This document shows positions 9,102-17,285 of a stretch of DNA of 64,000 nucleotides, one piece after another. Position 1 is the first letter of the stretch, and each line of letters opens with the position of its first letter. A model generated the notes under the pieces. That model searched no databases, was not told the DNA's origin, and saw only the letters and a program-made list of their open reading frames with translations. A program made the translations under genes and the position numbers. Source of the DNA: Candidatus Caenarcanales bacterium. GTDB lineage: Bacteria; Cyanobacteriota; Vampirovibrionia; 2-02-FULL-35-15. The DNA lies in NCBI GenBank assembly GCA_020050435.1, contig JAGVKQ010000020.1:140012-204011 (forward strand), written 5' to 3'.

Positions 9102-9899
9102 TTATTTTTTCTTATAGTCACTTTCATCAGATTGCTTGAAGTATTCATCTTTTCTAAGTACATCAGCTTCAGTACTATATCCAAACTGTCTAACGTACTT
9201 AACTAATTGCCATCTGAACTTATCATCAAATTCATAATGTTTTTGTTTATCTTCTCTTCCTGCCCATGGAGGCATTGCAGTCCATGGAATACCATTAGAG
9301 ATTTCATCAAATATTTTTTCATCTGTTTTTTCATACAATCTATCAAATTGGTTAAAGTTAGCTGGTTTTGGATTTAAATAGTAGTGAATATTTCCATCAG
9401 CAAAGCCTCTAGTACCATGACATACTGCACAATTGGCACCGAACTCTGTTTTCACTTTTTCAAAGTCTTCTGGCAATCCAAAAAGCTCAGACCTAAGATA
9501 CATTACAATATCCCATCTCTCTTTTATACTAAGATTTTCTTTAAATGATGGGTGTTTTGGATTGCTGGTAATTGTTTTAAATAAATGTGATGGAGTAACC
9601 TTGTTTATATAAGAGACAGTAAACTCGTGTTTATTAGGTTCTTTAGTAAAACTGTGACAACTAGCACAATTTGCAGCGTAGAATTTTTTACCTTCTACAA
9701 TGGATGGATCTTTAGTAGGATAAGCAAAATCTTCTCCGGCAGACTTTTCATCTATAAGAGGATTGGAATCAGACGGTAGGGAAACTTTTTTTAATGAGAT
9801 ATTTGACTGACAAGCAGATATAAGAAGTCCTACAACCACGATAGAACAAACCAATGTTATTGTTCTTGCTATTTGTGCTATTTTTTCTTTATCTTTCAT
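9102..9899 (-). CDS. membrane-anchored diheme c-type cytochrome
   Basis: CASCH and CAVCH; GIPWTAMPPW; N-terminal TM ending LISAC; ATG 9899 avoids overlap with the upstream micro-ORF. Confidence 0.85.
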   Translation of the reverse strand: MKDKEKIAQIARTITLVCSIVVVGLLISACQSNISLKKVSLPSDSNPLIDEKSAGEDFAYPTKDPSIVEGKKFYAANCASCHSFTKEPNKHEFTVSYINKVTPSHLFKTITSNPKHPSFKENLSIKERWDIVMYLRSELFGLPEDFEKVKTEFGANCAVCHGTRGFADGNIHYYLNPKPANFNQFDRLYEKTDEKIFDEISNGIPWTAMPPWAGREDKQKHYEFDDKFRWQLVKYVRQFGYSTEADVLRKDEYFKQSDESDYKKK

Positions 9900-9906
9900 T
9901 TTTTTA

Positions 9907-10074
9907 TCAATACCCAAAGAACGGAACCCAAGAAATTGTTGCCCATAGAAAAACTAAAAAGAATAAGATTATTAAAAATAAAGGTGGCTTATGATCACCC
10001 ATTCTATATTCTTCAGGTTTGGTAACCTGTGGTATTTGGCAAAGCGGCTGAAATTCATGCTTTTCTTCTGACAT
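9907..10074 (-). CDS. 55-aa single-TM peptide resembling the CcoP N-terminal anchor (not in ORF track)
   Basis: MSEEKHEFQPLCQIPQVTKPEEYRMGDHKPPLFLIILFFLVFLWATISWVPFFGY*; ATG directly follows the ccoS TAA. Confidence 0.7.
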   Translation of the reverse strand: MSEEKHEFQPLCQIPQVTKPEEYRMGDHKPPLFLIILFFLVFLWATISWVPFFGY

Positions 10075-10272
10075 TTACACAACCTCCTGAATACCATTTT
10101 CTTCTAGCATTTCATATTTTATATCTTCAAGATTATCTAATTGTCCTGACTTTAATGCCCAAAGAAAAATAACTCCTGCAAATACAAAAAATACTAAACA
10201 CATCCATGCAAACATACCAAGACCAGGCTTGGAAATTAAATCATTTACTACTTGTTCTGCTGTTACTTGCAT
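10075..10272 (-). CDS. ccoS: cbb3-type oxidase maturation protein CcoS/FixS
   Basis: TM helix then FLWALKSGQLDNLE. Confidence 0.8.
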   Translation of the reverse strand: MQVTAEQVVNDLISKPGLGMFAWMCLVFFVFAGVIFLWALKSGQLDNLEDIKYEMLEENGIQEVV

Positions 10273-10287
10273 ATTTTTTATTTTTCT

Positions 10288-10323
10288 AACCTTGAAACTT
10301 GTATCTTACAACTTGTAACTTGG
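10288..10323. repeat. degenerate heptamer tandem repeat (AACTTGT, about 5 units)
   Basis: aaccttg a aacttgt atcttac aacttgt aacttgg. Confidence 0.55.
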
Positions 10324-11280
10324 TTAGTGTCCTCCCCCTGCACCAGGTGCTGGTCCATCAGTTTTAATAATCTCTGCTGGTTTTACTGAATTTAATTCAG
10401 CAGCAGAAGTTTTATTTACCTCAACCCATTTTTCTGGATCTATAGATTCATATCCTTTTGGATAAACTTCTGTTTCTCTAGGTAATGTTTTTAAGAAAGC
10501 TACTAAATACCATCTTTGTTCTTCTGTAAGTAATTTACCCCACTGAGGCATTCTAGTTCCAGGCACGCCTTCAGACACTCTCCAGAACCAAGTTACATCA
10601 TCATAATCTTTATAGAATGGTCTGCTAAAGTTAGCTGGTTTTTTAGCTATAGCAATAGCATTTGGTCCATTTCCTAAACCGTTGGTGCCATGACATGTAG
10701 CACAGTTCTGTTGGTAGATTCCACGTCCAGCATTCGCTGCAGCTGAGCCGTCTACATTTACTTTTCTTTTATCTAAAACTTTTCTAAGTTCGTCTGGTTG
10801 ATAGATTCTATGATATTTAACCATTCTCTTTTTACCAAGAGTTTGGATATAAGCAACAAGCTCATTCATCTCATCATCTTTTAAATATCCAAAAGGAGGC
10901 ATGATGGATCCAGGTGTCAATGTTCTAGGATTTTTCAAGTGAGATATATGCCATTGATCAGGATGTTTTTGACCTTCATTAGTAAGATCTGGACCTGTTC
11001 TAATAGTACCTAATACGTTTGGTGTTTCATATACATAGTCACCGGCTTGAGGTAATGGTCCGAAATCTCTATCCTGCGGTCTACTAAATTGACTATGACA
11101 ATAAACACAACCTTCTCTTACATAAATCTTTCTGCCTCTTGCTTCTTTAGGCGTGTACTCCACAGCAAACTCAGAAGCTGTTGGTCTGAAAATAAAATTC
11201 GGAAGTAAAACTGTAGTAAATGTAATTAGTCCAAAAGAGGCTAAAACTACAAATCCTGGAAGTATATAGTTTTTATTCAT
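10324..11280 (-). CDS. ccoO: cbb3-type oxidase subunit II fused to an extra cytochrome c domain
   Basis: GRKIYVREGCVYCHSQ, RTGPDL, PGSIMP; second heme CATCH with GVPGTRMPQW. Confidence 0.88.
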   Translation of the reverse strand: MNKNYILPGFVVLASFGLITFTTVLLPNFIFRPTASEFAVEYTPKEARGRKIYVREGCVYCHSQFSRPQDRDFGPLPQAGDYVYETPNVLGTIRTGPDLTNEGQKHPDQWHISHLKNPRTLTPGSIMPPFGYLKDDEMNELVAYIQTLGKKRMVKYHRIYQPDELRKVLDKRKVNVDGSAAANAGRGIYQQNCATCHGTNGLGNGPNAIAIAKKPANFSRPFYKDYDDVTWFWRVSEGVPGTRMPQWGKLLTEEQRWYLVAFLKTLPRETEVYPKGYESIDPEKWVEVNKTSAAELNSVKPAEIIKTDGPAPGAGGGH

Positions 11281-11281
11281 G

Positions 11282-12673
11282 CTACACCCTCGCCAATCCC
11301 GGTGGAACCATTGCTGGTTCTACAGTAGGCTCATCTAAGGGTTTTACTCCTCTAACTGTTTGAATAATATTAAATAATAAAAGAATATTTCCAAACCACA
11401 TCATTGCACCACCCAATGCTCTATAAATCCAATAAGGTACAAGCTCAACAACCCACTGACCTACTGGTATACCTAAATGCCAACCAGCAGATTGAACTAA
11501 CCCTGCTATGGTGAAAGCTGCAAAAAATATTAGGAATCCAATAAAAGTAAACCAGTAGTGAGCTCTAGCTAAAGCTACACTATAAATTTGTTTTCCTGTA
11601 ACTCTGGGGAAAATATAATAAATAGCACCCCAATCAAAGAATGAAAAAGTACCAAGAAGTGCTACGTGAGCATGACCTGGAACCCACTGAGTAAAATGAA
11701 TATACCAGTTAACTGATCTAGTTGCTTGAAATGGACCTTGAATACAAGTAACAAAATAAAAAAGTGCACCGGTTAAAACAAATCGAAGCGGTAAATTGTT
11801 AGCTACTTGCCACCAATTCCCCTTCATAGTCATAAAAAAGTTTGTAAGCACTGTAATAACTGGAATCACTAGAGCAACACTAAATACCACTGCAAGTGCT
11901 TTAAGCCACTCTGGCACTGGAGACTGCAAAATATGGTGAGTCCCTGTAGGTGCATAAAAGAATGCTATGGTCCAAAAACCAAGCATCGATAAACTATGAC
12001 TCCAGAGTGGTCTTCCTGAAAGTTTTGGAATCATATAGTATGCAATTCCAACTCCAAGAGTCGTAAACCACATTCCTAATATATTATGTCCATAAAACCA
12101 GTTAACAATTCCATCATTTAAACCATCTAATCTAACAAATGTTCTATTTCCTATAAAGTAAACAATAGGCATCCAAAAGAATGCACCGAGCATATACCAA
12201 AGACTTACGTATAGCTTTTTAACTTTTCTATTTAATACCGTTAAATAGACATTGTATGAAAGCGAAATTAAACCAACAACAACAATAATATCGATTGGTA
12301 CTGGAAACTCTGCATACTCACGGCCTTCTGAATAACCATTTAATAAACAAAGAACACCAGCAAAAATTGCAAAATTCCATACATAACATATGAAGTTAGC
12401 AAATTTTTCACTATAAAGCTTACATCTTGTGAGAGTAGGAATTATATAAAGAACAATTCCTATGTTTGCCATACTTAGCCAGCCAAATGCAACTGCATTG
12501 ATATGAGCAGGTCTGATTCTAGAAAAAGTAAGCTGAGGAATATTTGAACTAAGATCAGGAGCAACGAACTCTATGGCGCCGGTTAAACCAAGTGACATTC
12601 CTACCACAAGCCAAATAACTGCTGTAATTATAAAATTTTTACTTGCTGAGTTCTCTTTATCTGAAAGTATCAT
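11282..12673 (-). CDS. ccoN: cbb3-type (C-family) heme-copper oxygen reductase subunit I
   Basis: RIRPAHIN, GREYAE, WFYGHN, YAPTGTHH, GHAH. Confidence 0.92.
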   Translation of the reverse strand: MILSDKENSASKNFIITAVIWLVVGMSLGLTGAIEFVAPDLSSNIPQLTFSRIRPAHINAVAFGWLSMANIGIVLYIIPTLTRCKLYSEKFANFICYVWNFAIFAGVLCLLNGYSEGREYAEFPVPIDIIVVVGLISLSYNVYLTVLNRKVKKLYVSLWYMLGAFFWMPIVYFIGNRTFVRLDGLNDGIVNWFYGHNILGMWFTTLGVGIAYYMIPKLSGRPLWSHSLSMLGFWTIAFFYAPTGTHHILQSPVPEWLKALAVVFSVALVIPVITVLTNFFMTMKGNWWQVANNLPLRFVLTGALFYFVTCIQGPFQATRSVNWYIHFTQWVPGHAHVALLGTFSFFDWGAIYYIFPRVTGKQIYSVALARAHYWFTFIGFLIFFAAFTIAGLVQSAGWHLGIPVGQWVVELVPYWIYRALGGAMMWFGNILLLFNIIQTVRGVKPLDEPTVEPAMVPPGLARV

Positions 12674-12852
12674 TTTTTTTTATTTCAATTTTTTATTTTG
12701 ATTTTATTTTTTTAAAAGCCATAGCTAATTGTATTAAAGGTTAAGAAAAATCAAGGGGCTTAAAATAAATTCTTTATGAATACATATCTGATAAGAAATA
12801 AGTCGCCTTTGGTGAATCTGGCTCCAGAGGAGCGGGGGATAAGGGGTAAGCC

Positions 12853-12876
12853 GTAGAGACTTGATAAATCAAGTCT
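12853..12876 (+). repeat. REP-like palindrome (GTAG-AGAC...GTCT family)
   Basis: gtag agacttgat aa atcaagtct. Confidence 0.65.
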
Positions 12877-13177
12877 AATATATGAAAACAATTCTTATAT
12901 TGTGTGGACAAAAAGATAAATTCAATATTGATATTTTTTCAAGATGCAAATCATTTTCAATAAAGATCGGTCAAATAATGAAAGTAAATATGTAATTATT
13001 TAAAAATAATTTTTTTAGGTTTTTAAATTGAATTTAAGCAGCAAGTAAATGTGGTTAGTTTTATAAATGGGCCGGGAACACCGGTGGAACTTTTTTATTA
13101 TCAGAAATAAATTCCGTTTCAAAAAAAATATTTTTTCTTATTATCAAAAATGCTTTCTGATAACAACCACAGAAAAG

Positions 13178-13193
13178 CATTTCACGAGGAACA
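13178..13193. promoter_or_regulatory. parS-like site
   Basis: catttcacgaggaaca matches TGTTTCACGTGGAACA at 13/16 positions. Confidence 0.3.
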
Positions 13194-13216
13194 GATCATT
13201 TCATATTGCCGACAAT

Positions 13217-13241
13217 GTAGAGACGCCCTGATGGTGCATCT
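13217..13241 (+). repeat. degenerate REP-like palindrome
   Basis: gtag agacgc cctgatggt gcatct. Confidence 0.5.
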
Positions 13242-13270
13242 CCATTAAATATGAATGAAATGAGGTTCCT

Positions 13271-14542
13271 GTGCTTGTAAAAAAAGGTCTAACTAATATC
13301 ATTGAAGATGAAGATATTTTTGAATATAAAGATTCAGAACATTTATATACAAGCAGTTATTCATTAAAAAACACTTGGAGAAAAGAAGGTTCGGCAAGAA
13401 ATTTTGGTCATCCAATGCACTCTATGGCATCTAGATCAGGTTCATTTCCTCCAGCGCTTGCTGATTATTTTATAAGCAACTTTTCAAGAGTTGGGGATTT
13501 AGTTCTTGATCCATATTCAGGAAAAGGAACAACACCTTTTCAAGCATGCTTATTAGACAGAGTGGGTTTCGGTATAGATGTAGCACCGGAAGCATATGTT
13601 TTAACAGGAGCAAAAGTAAGCTGCATAAATCATGAGGAAGCCATTGATTATTTAAATGCTATCAAGTTTGGAATATCAAACACTAATATAAAAGATGTGC
13701 CACCTGATGTTAAAGTGTTTTTCTCCACTAAAACTCTGGCTCAAATACTAGTAATCAGAGAAAGATTATTAGAAGATTTAGGACTAGAATCAGACAAATT
13801 AGACTATGATAATGGGAAAGTTTTTCATATAGCAAAAACAAGAAGAGAACAATTAGCACAGTACTGGTTAGGGATTTTAACTGGAATATTACACGGCTCA
13901 TCCTCATACAGCCTGAGTCTTCCATGTTCACATTCATTTTCAATGGCTCCAAACTATACAAAAAACTATGCAAAAAAACATGGGTTAAAGAAACCAGACA
14001 GAAATGTAAAAATCTGTATGATTCAAAAATCTTTTTACTTACAAAGTGCAGGAATAGCACGTGTTCAAGGAAAAGCATACTTAGGAAAAGCACAAGAACT
14101 TCCTGATTCATGGGAAGAAAAAATAGATCTAGTGGTAACCTCTCCACCATATTTCACAGCACAAAGCTATGCATGGGACAACTGGCTTCGTGAATGGCTT
14201 TTAGGTTTTGATTTTAAAAATGTAAGAAAACAAACTACACAGACAGCAAGCTATGAAAAATATTCAAATGCTATGTATCTTTTCTTAAAAGAATCACATA
14301 GAGTTTTAAAACCAGGCAAACGTGCTTTCGTAGTAGTAGGTGACGTTACTAAAAAATCTGGTGATGAAAAAATAGTAATCAGAACCAGTGACGTCATAGC
14401 TAATGAAGGTAAAAAAGCAGGGTTTGATGTAGAGCTAATAATAAACGATGACATTCCACCTACTAAAAGATACAATTCATCATTCTTACAAGCAAATCAA
14501 GGTTTGACTATAGATAGAATTGTTTGTTTGAAGAAGAAGTAA
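13271..14542 (+). CDS. orphan amino-DNA methyltransferase, probably N4-cytosine, alpha-type motif order
   Basis: Motif I LDPYSGKGTT precedes motif IV VTSPPY; FPPALADYFI. Confidence 0.8.
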   Translation: MLVKKGLTNIIEDEDIFEYKDSEHLYTSSYSLKNTWRKEGSARNFGHPMHSMASRSGSFPPALADYFISNFSRVGDLVLDPYSGKGTTPFQACLLDRVGFGIDVAPEAYVLTGAKVSCINHEEAIDYLNAIKFGISNTNIKDVPPDVKVFFSTKTLAQILVIRERLLEDLGLESDKLDYDNGKVFHIAKTRREQLAQYWLGILTGILHGSSSYSLSLPCSHSFSMAPNYTKNYAKKHGLKKPDRNVKICMIQKSFYLQSAGIARVQGKAYLGKAQELPDSWEEKIDLVVTSPPYFTAQSYAWDNWLREWLLGFDFKNVRKQTTQTASYEKYSNAMYLFLKESHRVLKPGKRAFVVVGDVTKKSGDEKIVIRTSDVIANEGKKAGFDVELIINDDIPPTKRYNSSFLQANQGLTIDRIVCLKKK

Positions 14543-15217
14543 TTAAAGCTTAAGGTTTACATCAAATTTATTTGGAGCACCATTTCTTGATACAACTAAT
14601 CCACTACCAATTATTGATACCAACTCATCTACCCCAAAACCATCAAGAGTTAAATTAGGATCAGCTAGTAAAACTCTTCTGGCTAAGAAATTAGGAACTG
14701 GCTGACCAGATGTCAAAGCTTTAGCTTCAGTCTCTGCAGCTTCTGCGTCCCATTTAGCAATCAGAGATTCATTATCAGCAAGAAATTGTTTAAATTGTAT
14801 GAAAGCATCATTTAGTTTCATGTTTGGAACTGAAGCTGGCATTTTAGGGTTAGTAAAAGCTATAGGACTATCTCCTGTTTGAATTCCAGGACCATATGAA
14901 ATAGTAGTTTGGCGACCAAATATAGTAGCTTTAAACCCTAATGCCTCTTTTCTATCAGGCTTTTTTATAACAACTTCTACATTTACTCTTTTATTTGCAG
15001 TGGATGTTCGAACATTAAAAAGAGTGGGTGAAAAATCAAGTCCATTTGTACATCTATCATTTAAAAGATCTCTTAATTCATTTACGGAAGTAGTAATATC
15101 ACCATTCAATGATATAAGAGCGTGATTACCAATTTGAGATATGTTTGAACCAAAACCTAATCCATTTGCTAAACCAGTACGATTAAAACTATTTAAAGTA
15201 ACAGCTGCAGTTGACAT
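14543..15217 (-). CDS. hypothetical protein
   Basis: 224 aa ORF with strong SD (TAAGGAGA). Confidence 0.75.
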   Translation of the reverse strand: MSTAAVTLNSFNRTGLANGLGFGSNISQIGNHALISLNGDITTSVNELRDLLNDRCTNGLDFSPTLFNVRTSTANKRVNVEVVIKKPDRKEALGFKATIFGRQTTISYGPGIQTGDSPIAFTNPKMPASVPNMKLNDAFIQFKQFLADNESLIAKWDAEAAETEAKALTSGQPVPNFLARRVLLADPNLTLDGFGVDELVSIIGSGLVVSRNGAPNKFDVNLKL

Positions 15218-15435
15218 ATATTTCTCCTTAAATACTTAAATAAGATAGGTAACATTCTATGTTAAAAGTTAGAAATAAATTTATATTGTTATTTTTAATT
15301 TATCTTAGAGTAGAGATTTTTTCGAAGATTAGATTTTTTTAATAATACTTGTTAGAGAAATTTTAATTAAGAATGCAAAGATTGCTGAAAAACTCTTTAA
15401 TATTTCACAAGATTGAAAAATTTAATAATTGACTA

Positions 15436-15464
15436 TTGAAATACTAAAACCAATATGTTAATAT
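15436..15464 (+). promoter_or_regulatory. sigma70-type promoter with extended -10
   Basis: TTGAAA-N17-TAATAT with TGn before the -10. Confidence 0.55.
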
Positions 15465-15490
15465 ATTACACAACAGATATAAAACTTAAG

Positions 15491-15558
15491 TAAAAAGCAC
15501 TCAGCATCTGGGTTTAAGCATTAGCTGAAAGCTAAATGCTGTTTGCTTAAAGGAGGTC
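15491..15558 (+). promoter_or_regulatory. structured 5' leader, copy 1
   Basis: taaaaagcactcagca...tgctgtttgcttaaaggaggtc; homologous to 16691-16772. Confidence 0.55.
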
Positions 15559-15561
15559 TAT

Positions 15562-15738
15562 ATGGGACTTTTTCCAGCTCGTGCTTTCCCCAGTGCAAGA
15601 ACTTTTGCAAGCCTAGGCAGCAGCAGCCAACCTAAATCTATAAAGAGAACTCCAGCAGCCTCCCCGGCAAGCACAACTACTATTACAGGAGATGGATTTT
15701 TAAAAGCCTTGGTTAATGCTTTTAGAATTTACGTTTAA
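15562..15738 (+). CDS. 58-aa small protein (not in ORF track)
   Basis: SD AAAGGAGGT; MGLFPARAFPSARTFASLGSSSQPKSIKRTPAASPASTTTITGDGFLKALVNAFRIYV*. Confidence 0.6.
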   Translation: MGLFPARAFPSARTFASLGSSSQPKSIKRTPAASPASTTTITGDGFLKALVNAFRIYV

Positions 15739-15867
15739 TCTCAAAGCTAAATAAACTCTTTTATTAAGAAAAGGTTTTTGCCAATTTAATACCTTTGGCT
15801 ATGGCATTTAATGCTTTGAAATTGCAGCTAATTCTAAAATTAAAAACTTTTATTTAAGGAGATCACC

Positions 15868-16587
15868 ATGAATAGAATTCCAAATGGGGGCATTACGCCT
15901 CCCACTCCACCAATTCCTCCCAGAGGTCCAAATGGTCCCTATGAAACTCCAGGTGATGATGAAAATCTAATCAAAGCAGAATTTGAATTTGATCCTTATC
16001 TTGTAGAACACTACCCTGAAGTAGCAGAGAGGATAGCTGAAACCATTAATCTTATAATTCCACTTAGACCTGATTTATTAGATGTGCTTTCTGATTCTAA
16101 TGTTAAATATTTCATTGGTGTAAGAGAAGATTTAAAATCTATGGTTGAACAATTCGCCGGAATAAAAGAACCGTTAAATAAATATGAATATGAAAAACAA
16201 TTTGACTTCGTAAAAAATGCTGCTGGTTATACTGGCTGCTGTTTAGGAGAAAAAGATAATCCAAGAAGTACAAAGGCTTCATTTATAACTTTTTTCACTC
16301 CTAATATAATCGATAGTAGATATGAGTTAATAGCAGAAATAATTAGACAGCTTACTTTTTCAAAAGAAGCACATAAACTTTTCAAAGACCATGTAGAAAG
16401 AGGCATTCCAATGAATGTAAGCTATCCAAGATTATTAGCAAAAGGAGATGAAGCCGTAATCAGTGCATTAGAGGAAATAAAAGGAATGCTTTATCCACAA
16501 ATTGATAATGAACTGAATACTCTACTAGCAGCAGTAAAATCTTCTCATGTAGAAAATATAGCTAGAATTGCAGAAAGAGAAAATTAA
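15868..16587 (+). CDS. hypothetical protein with Pro-rich N-terminus
   Basis: 239 aa; SD TAAGGAG; PPTPPIPPRGP. Confidence 0.75.
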   Translation: MNRIPNGGITPPTPPIPPRGPNGPYETPGDDENLIKAEFEFDPYLVEHYPEVAERIAETINLIIPLRPDLLDVLSDSNVKYFIGVREDLKSMVEQFAGIKEPLNKYEYEKQFDFVKNAAGYTGCCLGEKDNPRSTKASFITFFTPNIIDSRYELIAEIIRQLTFSKEAHKLFKDHVERGIPMNVSYPRLLAKGDEAVISALEEIKGMLYPQIDNELNTLLAAVKSSHVENIARIAEREN

Positions 16588-16690
16588 TCATTCTTAAACT
16601 TGTAAACTAATGCAAAATTAAAGAAGATAATAATCTCGACTTCTTTTGAGAGTGTGTTAGTATGTTACTTATCAAAGGTAGTTTTTAGTT

Positions 16691-16772
16691 TAAAAAGCAC
16701 TCAACAAGCGGGTTTCAGGATTGGCTTATTTTCAATTCCTGATAACTGATTGCTGCTTGCTCAAAGGAGGTC
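16691..16772 (+). promoter_or_regulatory. structured 5' leader, copy 2
   Basis: taaaaagcactcaaca...tgctgcttgctcaaaggaggtc. Confidence 0.55.
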
Positions 16773-16773
16773 A

Positions 16774-16860
16774 ATGATGATTTTCCCTATAGGAGCGCGT
16801 GTTTCCCCATATATAAAAATATTCCCCAACCTATGCAAGAAATGGGACTCAAAAGGTTAA
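16774..16860 (+). CDS. 28-aa small ORF or frameshifted relic of the 15562 ORF
   Basis: SD AAAGGAGGT; MMIFPIGARVSPYIKIFPNLCKKWDSKG*. Confidence 0.4.
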   Translation: MMIFPIGARVSPYIKIFPNLCKKWDSKG

Positions 16861-16879
16861 AAATTTAATATTTACTCTA

Positions 16880-16908
16880 TTGAACTAGGAAAAGAAATAT
16901 GTTAATAT
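16880..16908 (+). promoter_or_regulatory. sigma70-type promoter with extended -10, near-copy of 15436-15464
   Basis: TTGAAC-N17-TAATAT; shares AATATGTTAATAT. Confidence 0.55.
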
Positions 16909-16950
16909 AGGATCAACAAGACAGATTTTTACCTATAAAAGGAGGTATTT

Positions 16951-17115
16951 ATGACTCTCCCTAATATTTCTTTAGCCCAGTACATGGGGGCTAATATATT
17001 TCTAATAGTTTTAATCTTTTTGGCAGCAGTAATGCTAAATGCTTATCTACCACTTATTCCAGATACATGTGAAGGAGATAGATTTGATTCAAGAATAATA
17101 GTCCTAAGTAATTAA
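16951..17115 (+). CDS. 54-aa single-TM small protein (not in ORF track)
   Basis: SD AAAGGAGGT; MTLPNISLAQYMGANIFLIVLIFLAAVMLNAYLPLIPDTCEGDRFDSRIIVLSN*. Confidence 0.6.
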   Translation: MTLPNISLAQYMGANIFLIVLIFLAAVMLNAYLPLIPDTCEGDRFDSRIIVLSN

Positions 17116-17123
17116 TTTCTCAC

Positions 17124-17239
17124 AGCCCTCCTCGTTCCTTCGTCACTTGTCGGGCTTTGCAAAGTGCACTGGTATTGCCTTGTCTATCATTTTACAGGTT
17201 TTGCTGAATAAATCAGACAAAACCTTACTTTGCCAATAC
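17124..17239. other. multi-hairpin element between convergent genes
   Basis: agccc...gggct stem; aggttttgctga/tcagacaaaacct stem; gcaaagt/actttgc and gtattg/caatac complementary pairs. Confidence 0.35.
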
Positions 17240-17285
17240 AACATAGAATAAATTTTACGATAGCTGAGTAATTATTTATCTTTAA

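Noticed and set aside
12861-12872. FNR box upstream of ccoN (TTGAT..ATCAA)
   Set aside because: Spacer is 2 nt instead of 4, and the word is the core of a REP-like palindrome
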